Source: Torpedo marmorata
Taxonomy: Eukaryota
Assembly (NCBI GenBank): GCA_977017645.1
Contig: OZ360224.1
Location: 177,940,001 to 178,004,000, forward strand
Reading direction: 5' to 3'
DNA: 64,000 nt
The translations under genes were made by a program, and so were the position numbers. Each line of letters starts with the position of its first letter. Position 1 is the first letter of the stretch. Of this stretch, positions 1 to 12,289 are shown one piece after another. The notes under the pieces were generated by a model. That model was not told the origin of the DNA. It searched no databases and worked only from the letters and a program-made list of their open reading frames with translations.

Positions 1-3000
1 AATCAGAAAGCATTATTGGATCCTTCGTCTCATCATTGATTACACTTCCTAAATTTGCTTTCATTTGATTTACATTATCCTTTCCTTCCTCCACTGTTTC
101 CAGTGACACATTTGGCAGAGTTCCCTCAGCACTTAACAGCACTGGAATATTTTTACGAAGGGTTTCCTTCACTTGCCTGTTCAAAGACTCGTCTTCCATC
201 AAATCAGGCACATGAAGTCTGATGAGGGCGGAGAGCTCATTAGTCAGCCTGCTGATCAGTTCCTGAGTATCTGAGGTGCATGGATCTCGGTCTTCAGACA
301 AAGCACCAAACATTTCCTGCACTTCTGCACTCAGCATTTCTGGCTTCAAACCAGCCAGCAACTCTGCTACTTTCAAGAACCTGTTATCCTTCATGTCGTT
401 TGATTCTCTGAATTCTTGCTGAATAAATACTTGTGTCAAACAATCCTGCAGGAGATCTCTCTTTTTCACAGAACTTCGAACATCAGCAGGTATCATCACG
501 TTCGGACCAGGCTTTCGATCAGGATGTTCCATTTCTGTCTTGTATTCCATCAGACCAATGAGATTTGCCTCCTCATTAGCACCAGTTTCATCACCCACAC
601 CAGCTGCCCTTTGAACATTGGAGTTTTCTGAAAGTTTGACTTCACAAATTGTATTCTCTGAACGGCTAAGACTTTCCTCCTGTAATAGTACACTAACATT
701 TTCCTCGATTTCTAAAGACACTTGTACTATTCCTTGCAACAGCTTCCCAAGATTATTTTCTGCAGCATCTTTGATTCCCTGTCCTTCAGATTGATCTGGG
801 CTCGAAAAGTTTTCAGATTCTGCAAATGAGAGTTGGGAGTCAGGGTCTGACACCTCTCTCTCAACTGTTCTTGATCTAGAAACATTGGACATTTTGTTCT
901 CAGTTTCCTTCATCCTACACACAACCTCTCCCTTTGCTTCCATAGCCATGGAGTTACTTAGCGTCTCACCAGTCTTTCTTTCTTGTTTGCTTCCATTTAT
1001 CTCAAATTTGTTGCTTGGGTTCTGCAGGTCACCCCTCAGACCACTCTTCAATGTATCACTGGGCTCCTCATGCACAGATCTCAGCACATTCCCCACAGAC
1101 GTAATCAAGTTTCCTTTCTGTTCAGGTCCCACTGAAGAGTCATCACAATCAATACTTTGTGCACCTGTGTAATAGTCTGTAAACATCCCAGTTAACAATG
1201 TTTGTTCGTGTCGGCCAAACCTTGTATCAGGTGGTACTCTCACAACACTTTCAACCTGTTTATCACCCACTTTATTACCAATCAGATCTTGAATCTCAGT
1301 AGTACTTATTGTATTGTTCAAGCCCAACTCTTCCACACTATCTTCTCCCACAAACGTTTCTATGTCTAGTCTTCCATCCTCGTCATTCAGTTTTTCTTCA
1401 CTGGTTAGAATATTTTCTTTTTCAGATGATTCTGACATTTCAGTCTCTGGCGGTGAATCTGACATACATTCCCGAATATACATGAAAAAGTCATCTTGCC
1501 GTGAACCTTCCAAATCAGAGGATTTGGATGAAATGTAGTCCTGGTTCAAAGATAAACCTTCCGCAGAGTCCTTGCAAACATGTGGAATCTCGTTGCTAAG
1601 GAAAACATCTTCTGAAACCGATGTATCAGAAGCCAAAGACTTGCGGTTATGATTCTGACCATTCTTTGTTGCTAAATCGTGCACGATGGTCTCTCCTTCT
1701 TCTGCAGGTTGCAATGTTTTATCTTTTAAATCCTTTTTGTGATTGCTACAAGCAGTGGCCTGGTCTATATCTGCTGCCTTCAGTTTTGACATTGTCTCAA
1801 TTCCATCAGCATCCAACAATACATCATGAGGTTTAACTGTCATGTACCTTTGCCCGGTTTCTATATCAATGCTACTTAACTTCACTAAATCAGAGTACGG
1901 AATAGTGTCCAAATGACTGTTATCAATATTGCCTTGTCTTTCAGAAAATATTGTTCGGCTTTTCAAACCATCAAGTGAGATACCAACATCAGAATCCACT
2001 TCGTTAAGTTCAGTGAACGACTGGTTCGATTTCACGTTACTTTTCATTTCCACTGAAAAATCTGATGGGCTTAAACTCATTTCCCGAGGAAGCAAATACT
2101 TCCCAGAACTCAAACTGCAAACATTTTGTCGTGATATTTCTAACTCAAACAGGTCACCAGCCAGGTTTTCATTGATTAAACCATGCCTCAAAGCATTCAT
2201 CACAGAGAGGCGCAGCCCCGATTTATGCTGAATGATACCACCGTCGACAACTTGCTTGCGAAGAACGTGAATCACAGCATCCCTTTCTACAAACCCTCTG
2301 TTGACCATGTCCTGTGCAGACAAAGGTTGCCCAGTCTGTGGGTCCAGTACTCCGTGCATTTCAAACTTGTAGCTTAGAGCCCTCAGTCTGGTCGCCTGAT
2401 CAACCTGTTCTCCATTCCTTGCCCTTTCAATTTGTATTAGGTGGTCTGCATGCCCCTCATCCACCAGGCAATGCTTCAAAGCCATGTCCACCGATAGCCG
2501 ACCTGCTTGATGAAGATCCACAATGCCACCAGAAGCAACTTGACCTTCCAGCAAATGCAGAGCTGTAGAAGAATCCAAAATACCAAGCCTTACTGCATCG
2601 TTAATGCTGTGCAGTTTATGAGTTTCTGGATGAATGACCCCAGAGACAACTTTCTCGGAGAGCAGAATCTTGGCCAGCAGTTCATCATTTACTAAATCTT
2701 CTGCAACTTGAGACAATTCCATTACTTCTCCTGCATGAGAGGTACAAAATCCTCCCATCAGACCCAGCTTGTCTAATACTTTGATGGCCACCTGACTTTG
2801 GAGAAGCCCCCTTGTCACTGCTTCGCCAAGAGTTAAGTTTTCACCAGTCTTTTCGGAAGGGATTCCTCCGTCGCGGAATTGTGAGACCAAAACATCAACA
2901 ACCATCTCCTCATCCAAAAGTCCTCGTGCCAAAGCAGCATCAAGGTTGTACCTGCTACCAGTAACAGGGTCAAATATTCCACCTGCTTCAACTTCGGATT

Positions 3001-6000
3001 GGAGTTGTTTGATCAAAACACATCTGTCCCACTTGGTATTTTTCACTGCCTCGAGAGAATTTATCTGTCCACCATCTTCTTCATCCTCCTCCAGGTCATA
3101 CGAATGTCTTCCAATATCACTACCTTCAGCATTTGTCAATGATATTGCCCACTCACTTGCCTTTTCTTGCTGTGTGTTGCTTATATCCAAACAGCTGTCA
3201 ATGACTGCTGTATCTGGGTTTGTTAAACTACCTGTCATTTTATCCAGTTCAAACATTTGACTGCTTTTTTGCACAGACTCACGACTGACTTGACCTTGGC
3301 TTTTGCCCTGACCTTCAACTGTTTCAAAATATTGGTAACAGGTTTGATCGCTCTGACCTGGTTCATCAAAATCTGGGTTAAAATCTCCATTTAAAACATT
3401 TTTTTTGTCCTCGAGCAGTTCTTCTACATCTTCAGTTCCAGGTTTAATTACTTGAACCTCTTTCCCTCCTGTGAAGCCCTCATCAAACCAGGGAATTTCC
3501 TGGGTTTCTGTAATATCCTCCAACCCTTCCACACTCATAATGGCTTTGCTCCTCCAATATTTACTGTTGTTATCTACTGAAGTGGGCTCCATATGTTGAT
3601 GTATGCTACTGTTCACATCTGTATGAAATAATCCATTCATCTCATTTCCCAATGCATCATCAACGGTGTAAGTTGCAATGCAATGATCTGGCTTCTCATT
3701 CGGTGATACATCATTGATAATAACTGATTTTTCCATCATCATTTTGTCTTCCATATCTGCTATATCATCTAATGTTTCAATGATCATTATGTCCCTGTGC
3801 TTTTCACTTTCATGGTTCTCAGTACCAAGTACGCAGGGTTTACGTTTGGTCTCAGTTTCCATCGGACTTGACCGTAAAGGTTTACTGGCCACAATGAGAT
3901 ACTGGTCCGCTGATGGCGTGACTGCATCATCCATTTCTTCCACACTGCTGGAATTTTTGTTTTCCTCCACAAACTTCTCAAGGACAACTTGATTTTCAAG
4001 AGCTGTGTCCTCTAACAGGGCGTCATCAGCTTCAACTGCACTGGTGTCATCTGTATCAAACTCGACATCATCCTCTACCTTCAAAACCACATCCATCGTG
4101 TCTTTACATAATCCCTCTACACGGGTGTCACCAACAAACTCCACTATTTCATATATGTCTGCAATGTCCTCCAGACTTGGAACTGATGTTATTTTGTTAC
4201 TTCCATGTACAGGGCCTTTATTTGTTCTAGCCTCAGATTCTAATGGAAGTGGAGTAAACTCCGCTCCTTCAGTCAGAACCTGCAGTTCCACAGGAAGCCA
4301 TTGTATATTTTCATCTACCAAGTTTTTGCGATGTTCTACTGATGTAACAGCAGTATCTTGCCTTCCTCCTGCATTATTTAGTTCTTCCATCTCTGAGGGT
4401 TCCTCATACTCTTCAACATTCAGATCCCTTGCACCACGCATAGAAGAGTTCACCAACATTTCTTTAAAATCTTCAGTATTGCAGAAAAATTGATCTCTCT
4501 CCTGCACAGCGTGACTTCCATCAAGACCCAGCATTTTCTTCAAGTCTTCTCCAAACTCAGTTTGGAAGTCCATGTCTAAGGACAATGGAGTGAATCCCCT
4601 CAATTCACACATTGGATGCTGGTCAGGTGGAGTCCTTTGCATCATTTCAGCCGCCTGCTGCCCTCCCTCAGGAAGGGTAGTGGTCCCCCCCTCCCGTATG
4701 GCAGCATCTGAAGATTGCCAAGCGATGTGAGAAAGCTCAGGAATTGCATCATCTTCTGGAATTGTCGCACCCTCTTTCAGCTGCTTCTCCAACCCACTTC
4801 CAAGAGAATCGATGGTTCCACTGGCCGGCCCAATGCTTTCATTCAGGTCTGGGTCTGGACTTGAAACTCCCTGAATGGATGCTGCTTCAAGATATTCTGC
4901 AGCAGTCTCCCAAGCTTCAGTTGCCTGAACTGCCTTCCCTCCACAAAGGTTGCCAGTACCAATTGCAGCATTTCCTCGACGACCTGCTGTCGGAGAACTC
5001 AGCGTTTCCCCGTGTTCACTGAATAACAATTGCCAGAGCCCAGGTATCCATTCCCATTCTTCACTGTTCGTGTTGCCATTGTGTTCACCGGCTGCATCAT
5101 GGAGCTGCTCCCCTCCCTCAACCCCTGACTCCCATGATTCAGAATAACTTTTACCGGTGCCTGTATCTCCTGACAGCTCTTTTGATTCCAAGTGATCCTC
5201 AAGTGCCTCAACTTGCTGATCACAAAAACATTCCTGCCAGTTTTCAAAAGGATCACATGCACCGCTTGCTTCCATTACCGTCTGAACCTTCTCGTTCAGG
5301 CCACCGTCGACCAGCAGCAACCTCCTCCCTGTACCCGCGTCCATGTAGCTGTGCATCATCAAGTCAATCATGAACCTCTGCCGAACTTCCATCTCATTCT
5401 GGGTTTGATTCTGACCTTGATCCGCTTCTTCAGTGCCTGCAGCATCACTCACAGCACAAGGTTCGAGTTCCGAATCTGTGGTCCAGTCTGAGGCCTCGGT
5501 ACACGAAGACTGGAATCCTTCCTTGCGGGGCATTATGTCAGGGATTTGTATCATGCTCAGGAAGCGTGCTGTCTTCTGGTCTATGATGCCTTTCACTCTC
5601 GCTTCCTCAGGTGTGAGCACCAGTGAGCTTTCTGGGATGTAAAGGGCTGCTATTTTTTCCCTGTTGCTCAAGATTTTGTAGGCCAATTCATTTGTTACCA
5701 CTCCTTGTTGCAAAGACGTATCCGTGGAAAATATTTCACCAGAATCAGGCCAAATAAGTCCCATAAACACCCTTTGTGATTCCAACACCAAAAGAGCACT
5801 GCTTGAAGTTATTAAGTTGCATTGTACAGCTTCATCCATGGTTAATCTGCACCCATTTTTAGGGTTGACGATGCCTCCTGTTTGAACTTGGTGAGTGAGG
5901 AGTGAAGAAGCTGTATCATGATCTATCAGACCACACTCCAAAGCTTCATCCACTGTGAGACGCCTTTCAGTCTGAGGATCAATGAGCCCTCCTGCAAACA

Positions 6001-6697
6001 ACTGAGCTCCCAGAAGCCTGATCATCACTTCGCGATCTATAAGGCCTTCGTGGACTGCCCGGAAGACACTCGTCTCTCTGCCACTTTTTAAAGTGATCAT
6101 GCCTGATTCTTGCCATCTCACTGGGAGCAGCCTGAGATTTGTATCTTCATCCACAATGGTCCTTTGCATTAATTCCATCAGCGACACTCTCTCGGATGTA
6201 CTGGGATCGATCAGCTCCATGCACATTCTCTGCCTCTCCTCAATTCTGAAATACAGCCGAGCAGTGATGAATTTTCTCTGGAAAGCTTCCTCCAGGCTGA
6301 GTCTCTCACCAGTAATTGGGACACGTAGTCCTCCAGTGGCAAGCTCTGCCTCAAGAACCTTGATGACCAAAACTTCAGGAAGTACATTCCCAGCGCAAGC
6401 AGCAACAGCTGGATGGACCTCACTCATTCCACTCACAGTACTTGAAGTGTAGGTGGCATATTTACTCAGTTGTTTTAGTTGATTGAAGATTTTTTGGTCC
6501 ACTAATTGGCACTCCAAAGCTTCCTCTAAAGTAAGGCAGTGTTTTGTTTCTGGAGAAATAAGGCCTGACACAATGACCTGTGCTTCCAGCAATATGACAC
6601 CTGTATCATAATCAATACGACCGCTGTGTACTGCATGGAAGATTGGATAAACTATTCCAGTTGACAGGTCAACAACACCCGCGATGGCTTCGTAGGT
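1..6697 (-). CDS. DST: Dystonin giant BPAG1b-type exon (plectin repeats plus long acidic spacer); 3' end outside window
   Basis: Acceptor ttgattttcag|ACC at 6697, phase 0. Reads TYEAIAGVVDLSTGIVYPIFHAVHSGRIDYDTG... and DEAVQCNLITSSSALLVLESQ...NELAYKILSNREKIAALYIPESS, close to human DST b-exon. The same frame is open at 3000-1840 and at bases 40-2 (INDETKDPIMLSD), and the ORF track shows no stop-terminated ORF in this frame. Confidence 0.93.
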
Positions 6698-7385
6698 CTG
6701 AAAATCAATAAGGGGAAAGGAATATTTTACAATATTATGGAAGGCAAAACGACAGTGGTGAAAATAACACAACACACCTCATGGTTACCTCCAATGTCCT
6801 CACAACTCGTTCATGCAAAACATACTACAGCTGTGCTCAGGTGACAAGATAAGAATGTTCACTTACCCAAGAGGTGGATGTTAGCGATGCAACAGTAAAA
6901 GTGAGGCCCAGAATTGATGGCGAGAGAAGAAATAACTTATTTAAGTCCCGCATGCATTTCCTTTAATGCAAAAGTATCATCCGTGTACTTAAAGGGTTAG
7001 TCATAAGAAGAAGCAAAAAGAGGGTTATTCTTAGTCTTAAATAATGCTCAGTGTTTTCTTGTGGAGTGTAAGCACCATGCTTCTATTCACAAAGACCATT
7101 AAGAATTACATAAAAACATTGTGTGACCATGCCATCTATGTTTGCAGCATACAGTGGTTTGATTTCTTTCCACACCTCTGTCTTTCCCACTCAAACACAG
7201 TTAATTTCAATATTTTTAAAAATGTGACATCCTTAAGATTATCAACAATGCCAAGCAAATGTTAAAGTGTTCCATTGCTTCACCACTTTTCAAATTGTAA
7301 TTGAAGAACCATATCCATACTCAAATCCTGCTTTGCCATAGAAATACAACTGAACCCTTCCTCTGAATCCAGGCTTGGCTATTAC

Positions 7386-7521
7386 CTTCTCCCCTGATGC
7401 TTCAGCCAGCATGCTCTGGGATTGCTGGATTTCCTCAGAAGACTGTTCACACAGATTATCATAAGCTTCCTGAAGTGACTCCACTTGCTTTTCTGCTCGT
7501 TGATAATCGTCTTCTGATATC
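7386..7521 (-). CDS. DST: Dystonin exon, a/b isoforms (ISEDDYQRAEKQVESLQEAYDNL...GEK)
   Basis: 136 nt, tag|G...AAG|gtaat; phase fits the 13162 exon and the 6697 exon; resembles human EKQVKTLQESYNLL. Confidence 0.9.
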
Positions 7522-8139
7522 CTACGTAGAGAAATTTTTTTTTTGTTAAATTTGTTTTCTGCCATAACAAGCCATTAAATAACTCCTAAAGTACCACCAA
7601 GAAAACAGGCAATGAGAATCTGTTTTTTTAGGGAACTCAAATCTAAAATTGATAACTCCATATACTAATGCCTCTGGCATTTTTTTTAAATTTGATTTTC
7701 AGAATCAGGGTATCTCTGGAAAGACCAGCATTTATTGTCCATCTCTAGGTGACCCTGAGAAGGTGGTAGTGAGTTGCATTCTCAAATCACCAGAGTTCTT
7801 TCTGGTGAAGGTGCTCCCAAGTTGCTTTTGGGGAGAGAGTTCCAGTATTTCAACCAATCAATGATGAAAGAGCAGAGATACAATTCCAAGTCAGGACAGT
7901 GTGCAAGCTTGAGGTAAACCTGCAGGAGGTGGTGTTCCTCTGCACCTGCTGCCCTTGTTGCTGCAGAGGTTGTAGTATTTTGAGATGTTGTTGGAATAAC
8001 TTGGACAAGGGACATACTGGGCTGGTGGTGGAGGGAATGAATGTTCACAGTGGATGACGGATGTCAATCAAATGGACTGCTTTGTCCTGAATGCTTGAGA
8101 TTTGTTGGAGCTATGTTATCAATGTACCAATGACCCCAC

Positions 8140-8238
8140 TTGCTCAGAAGTCTGAGGAAGTTCAGCCTGTCCCTGAGGTCTCTTAACAACTTTTACATCT
8201 GCACCATAAACGTATCCTGACCGGATGCATCACAGCTT
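8140..8238 (+). mobile_element. Old Rex1/Babar-type LINE fragment, left part (interrupted by CR1)
   Basis: Degenerate RLRKF...CT..SILTGCITA motif ending gcatcacagctt and resuming gcttggtatggg at 11531. Confidence 0.65.
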
Positions 8239-11200
8239 AACATATAACAATTACAGCACGGAAACAGGCCATTAGGCCCTTCTAGTCCACACCGAACCAA
8301 ACACTCCTCTCTAGTCCCACCTACCTGCACCCTGCCCATAACCCTCCACCTCCTTCTCATCCATATACCTGTCCAACTTTTTCTTAAATAATAAAATTGA
8401 CTCTGCCGCCACTACTTCTCCCGGAAGCTCATTCCACTTCTTTATTCTCTGAATAAAGAAGTTCCCCCTCATGTTACCTCTAAACCTCTGCCCCTTAACT
8501 CTTAACTCATGTCCTCTTGTTTCAATCTCTCCTACTCTTAACGGAAATAGTCTATCCACATCCACTCTGTCTATCCCTTTCATAATCTTAAATACCTCTA
8601 TCAAATCCCCTCTCAACCTTCTACGCTCCAAAGAATAAAGACCTAATCTGCTCAATCTCTCCTTGCACTCTAGATGCTTAAACCCAGGTAACATTCTGGT
8701 AAATCTTCTCTGCACTCTCTCCACTCTGTTGATATCCTTCCTATAATTTGGCGACCAGAACTGCACACAGAACTCTAAATTAGGCCGCACCAACGCCTTA
8801 TATAATCTCAACATCACTTCCCAACTCCTATATTCTATGCAATGATTGATAAAGGCCAGCATACTAAAAGCCTTCTTCACCACCCTATTCACATGAGTTT
8901 CTACCTTCAGGGAATGATGCACCGTTATTCGTAAATCTTTCTGCTCTTCTGTATTCATCAATGCTCTCCCATTTACTACATATGTCCTGTTCTGATTCTT
9001 CTTACCAAAATGAAGCACCTCGCACTTATCAGCATTAAACTCCATTTGCCATTTTTCAGCCCACTTTTCTAAGCAGCCCAAATCCCTCTGCAATCCTTGA
9101 AAACCTTCTTCATTATCCACTATTCCACCTATCTTAGTATCGTCTGCATATTTACTAATCCAGTTCATCACCCCATCATCTAGATCATTAATGTATATAA
9201 CGAACAACAATGGGCCCAATACAGATCCCTGAGGCACACCGCTGGTCACAGGCCTCCAACCTGACAGACAATTATCCACTACCACTCTCTGGCCTCTCCC
9301 TTTCAGCCAATGTTCAATCCATTTGACTATCTCAAAATTTATACCTAAAGACTGCACCTTCCTAACTAACCTTCCATGTGGTACCTTATCGAAGGCCTTA
9401 CTGAAGTCCATATAGACAACATCCACCACGCTACCCTCATCCACATTCCTAGTCACCTCTTCAAAAAATTCAATCAGATGCCAGTATTTTATATGCGGGA
9501 GTTTTTGTTTTTGTTTTTCTTTCTTTTCTTTCTATCCTTTACTTGAGGGGATACTAAGTAGTCTACAATTTAGGAGGGGAAAGCTAGTAGATTTGATTGA
9601 AAGAGATTTGTTACAATTTGATTATGATGGATAGTAAGAGTATAAATTTAGTAAGTATTAATATAAATGGGCTTAATAATCCGATTAAGAGAAAAAGAAC
9701 TTTAGCATATATTAAAAAGTTGAGGGTAGATATAGCTTTCTTACAAGAGACTCATTTGATAGACCTGGAACATCAAAAATTAAAAAGAGAGTGGGTTGGT
9801 CATGTGGTGGCTTCTTCATTTAATTCTAAAGCAAGAGGCGTAGCTATATTAATTAATAAAAAATTACCTTTTAAGATACAATCGGTAGTTACAGATGTAG
9901 CAGGAAGATATGTGTTGATACATTGTCAAATTTATTCAGAATCTTGGACACTTATGAATTTATATGTGTCAAATCCAGATGATGAGCAGTTTATTCAAGA
10001 TGCTTTTTTCCATTTGTCAGACGCTAATGAGAATATTTTAATTGGGGGAGATTTCAATTGTTGTTTAGATTCAATAATGGATAAAACCTCAAGATCACCT
10101 GCTAGAGCTAAAATTGTTAAAAAAGTTCTTAATTTGATGAAAGATGGGAATTAGATTTAAATGTAAATATAGATGAAAATCATTGGAAAGATCTATGTAA
10201 GTTAAGTATGACGAAGATTATCAATGTTAGATATAGACTAGTACAATATAATTTTTTTCATCAATTATATTTAACACCTAAAAAATTAAAGAAATTTAAT
10301 CCGACATTATCAGGCTTATGTTTTAGATGCAATAAAGAGGAAGGTTCTTTTGTTCATTCTACATGGTTTTGTCCAAAAATTCAAGATTTTTGGTTGAAAG
10401 TTAAAAAATTTTTAGATAAAGTATTTAATATTGTGTTTCCAATGGATCCTATGTTATTTTTATTTGGAGATATTAGAAAATTTAGTATTAAGATGAAATT
10501 AAATATGTCTCAAGTAGAATTTTTGCGAATTGCTTTAGCTGTTTCAAAAAAATGCATTGCTATTACTTGGAAATCTGACTTAGATTTAGGATTAGAAAGA
10601 TGGCATGCAGAACTCCATTCGTGTATACCACTGGAAAAAATTACTTATAATTTACGTAATAAATATCATTTTTTTCTTGAAAATTTGGAGCCCATATATG
10701 AGAGCTGTGGGTTTAAGGATTTGAAGATCTCTAGATATCAGATCTGCTGGCATACTTGACCTCCATAATAGAATTAGTTTAGAAGGTATTCCCCTCATTC
10801 TATTCTTTTCTTTCTATTCTTTTCTTTATTTTTTCTATTTTACTTTAATTTTTATTTTTATTTTTTATTAGATTAGTGGGGATGGGGGGGTTGGGGAGGG
10901 GGGAGGGTGGGAGGGTAAAAATATATCACATGTATTTTGATAATTTTATATTTTATCTTATGTATTTTGTGATTTAAAAGTTTAAATAAAATAATAAAAA
11001 TTTTTTTTTTTAAATTCAATCAGATTGGTCAAACAGGACCTTCCGCTCACAAATCCGTGTTGAGTGTTCCTGATCAGACCCTGTCTATCCAGATATTTAT
11101 AAGTACTATCTCTAAGAACTTTCTCCATTAATTTACCTACCACAGACATCAAACTTACAGGCCGATAATTGCCAGGCTTCCTCCTTGAACCCTTTTTAAA

Positions 11201-11530
11201 TAACGGAACCACATGCACAATACGCCAATCCTCCGGCACTATCCCCATCTCTAATGACATTTGGAAAATCACCGTCAGAGCCTCTGCTATTTCCTCCCTT
11301 ATTTCTCTCAAGGTCCTGGGGAAGATCCCGTCAGGTCCCGGAGACTTATCCACCTTTATATGCCTCAAAAACCCTAACACTACATCTTTCATAATCACTA
11401 TATTCTCCATATTTACCCAATTTGCTTTTTTTATCTCGCATATCCCAATATCCTTCTCCTTGGTGAATACCGAAGAAAATAAACTGTTCAATATCTCCCC
11501 CATTTCTCTAGGCTCCACACACAGTTTTCC
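8239..11530 (-). mobile_element. CR1 LINE, 5'-truncated, RT frame intact, interrupted by an L1
   Basis: ORFs 10982-11569 and 8311-9456 contain KSPGPDG, NYRPVSL, QHGF, DFSKAFDKVPH, GVPQGSVLGP, YADD, RRRLRGDLI; CR1 3' tail near 8241-8300; GCTT repeated at 8235-8238 and 11531-11534. Confidence 0.92.
9480..11011 (+). mobile_element. L1-clade LINE, internally deleted (endonuclease joined to C-terminal zinc-knuckle region and 3'UTR)
   Basis: SININGLNNPIKRK, LQETHL, GGDFN (APE endonuclease); CFRC...H..WFC C-terminus; TSD AAATTCAATCAGAT at 9466-9479 and 11012-11025. Confidence 0.9.
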
Positions 11531-11780
11531 GCTTGGTATGGGAACTGCTCTGCCCAAGACCACAATCAACTGCAGAGTTGTAAACGCACGTCAGGCCATC
11601 ACATTAGCCAGCCTCCCCTCCATCCATACTTCCGATAAAAGCTGCCAACATTTTAAAGGACCCACTCCATGCCGGTCACACTCTCTTCTCCCCGCCTTCT
11701 TTTTGGGCAGAAGATACATCAGCTTGACAGCACACCCCTCCAGATTCAAAGACTGTGGCTTTTCTGCTGTTATCAGTCTC
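11531..11780 (+). mobile_element. Old Rex1/Babar-type LINE fragment, right part
   Basis: Degenerate WYGNC...LQRVV...DPxHxGHxLF motifs; continues the 8140-8238 piece. Confidence 0.65.
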
Positions 11781-11874
11781 TGAAATGGACCTTTCACTGA
11801 TAAAAGATCATGCCCCTGCACTGCTTTAACTGCACTATTCTACATAACCCTTCATTTTACTTTTGTAACACAAA

Positions 11875-12130
11875 GGGCGGCACGGTTAGCGTAGCTGTTA
11901 GCGCAATGCTGTTACAGCGCCAGCAATCGGGACTGGGGGTTCGAATCCTGCGCTGTCTGTAAGGAGTTTGTACGTTCTCCCCGTGTCTGCGTGAGTTTTC
12001 CCCGGGAGCTCCGGTTTCCTGTCACCCTCCAAAACGTACGGGGGTTGTAGGTCAATTGGGGTAATTGGGCGGCTCGGGATCGTGGGCCAAAAGGGCCTGT
12101 TACTGTGCTGTATGTCTAAATTTAAATAAA
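11875..12130 (+). mobile_element. tRNA-derived V-SINE (HE1-like)
   Basis: Pol III A/B-box head (ggcacggttagcgtag...gggttcgaatcc), V-domain ggagtttgtacgttctccccgtgtctgcg, LINE-like tail gggcctgttactgtgctgtat. Confidence 0.85.
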
Positions 12131-12289
12131 CTGCACTCTTTCAATCACTGTAACACCACACAATGTACTTTTGTTTATTTATTCATTTATTATTATGCAA
12201 CCTGCTGTACAAGTTGTGCTGCCTGAATAGCACAAACAAAAGCTTTGTACTGAATTAATATTTGATGCGTTTGTGATAATTTACCAAAA

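Noticed and set aside
416-6452. Many plus-strand Ser-rich ORFs
   Set aside because: Antisense shadows of the Glu/Asp-rich giant DST exon
11875-11950. tRNA gene
   Set aside because: A/B boxes belong to a SINE head that continues into V-domain and tail; the same applies to 62975-63042
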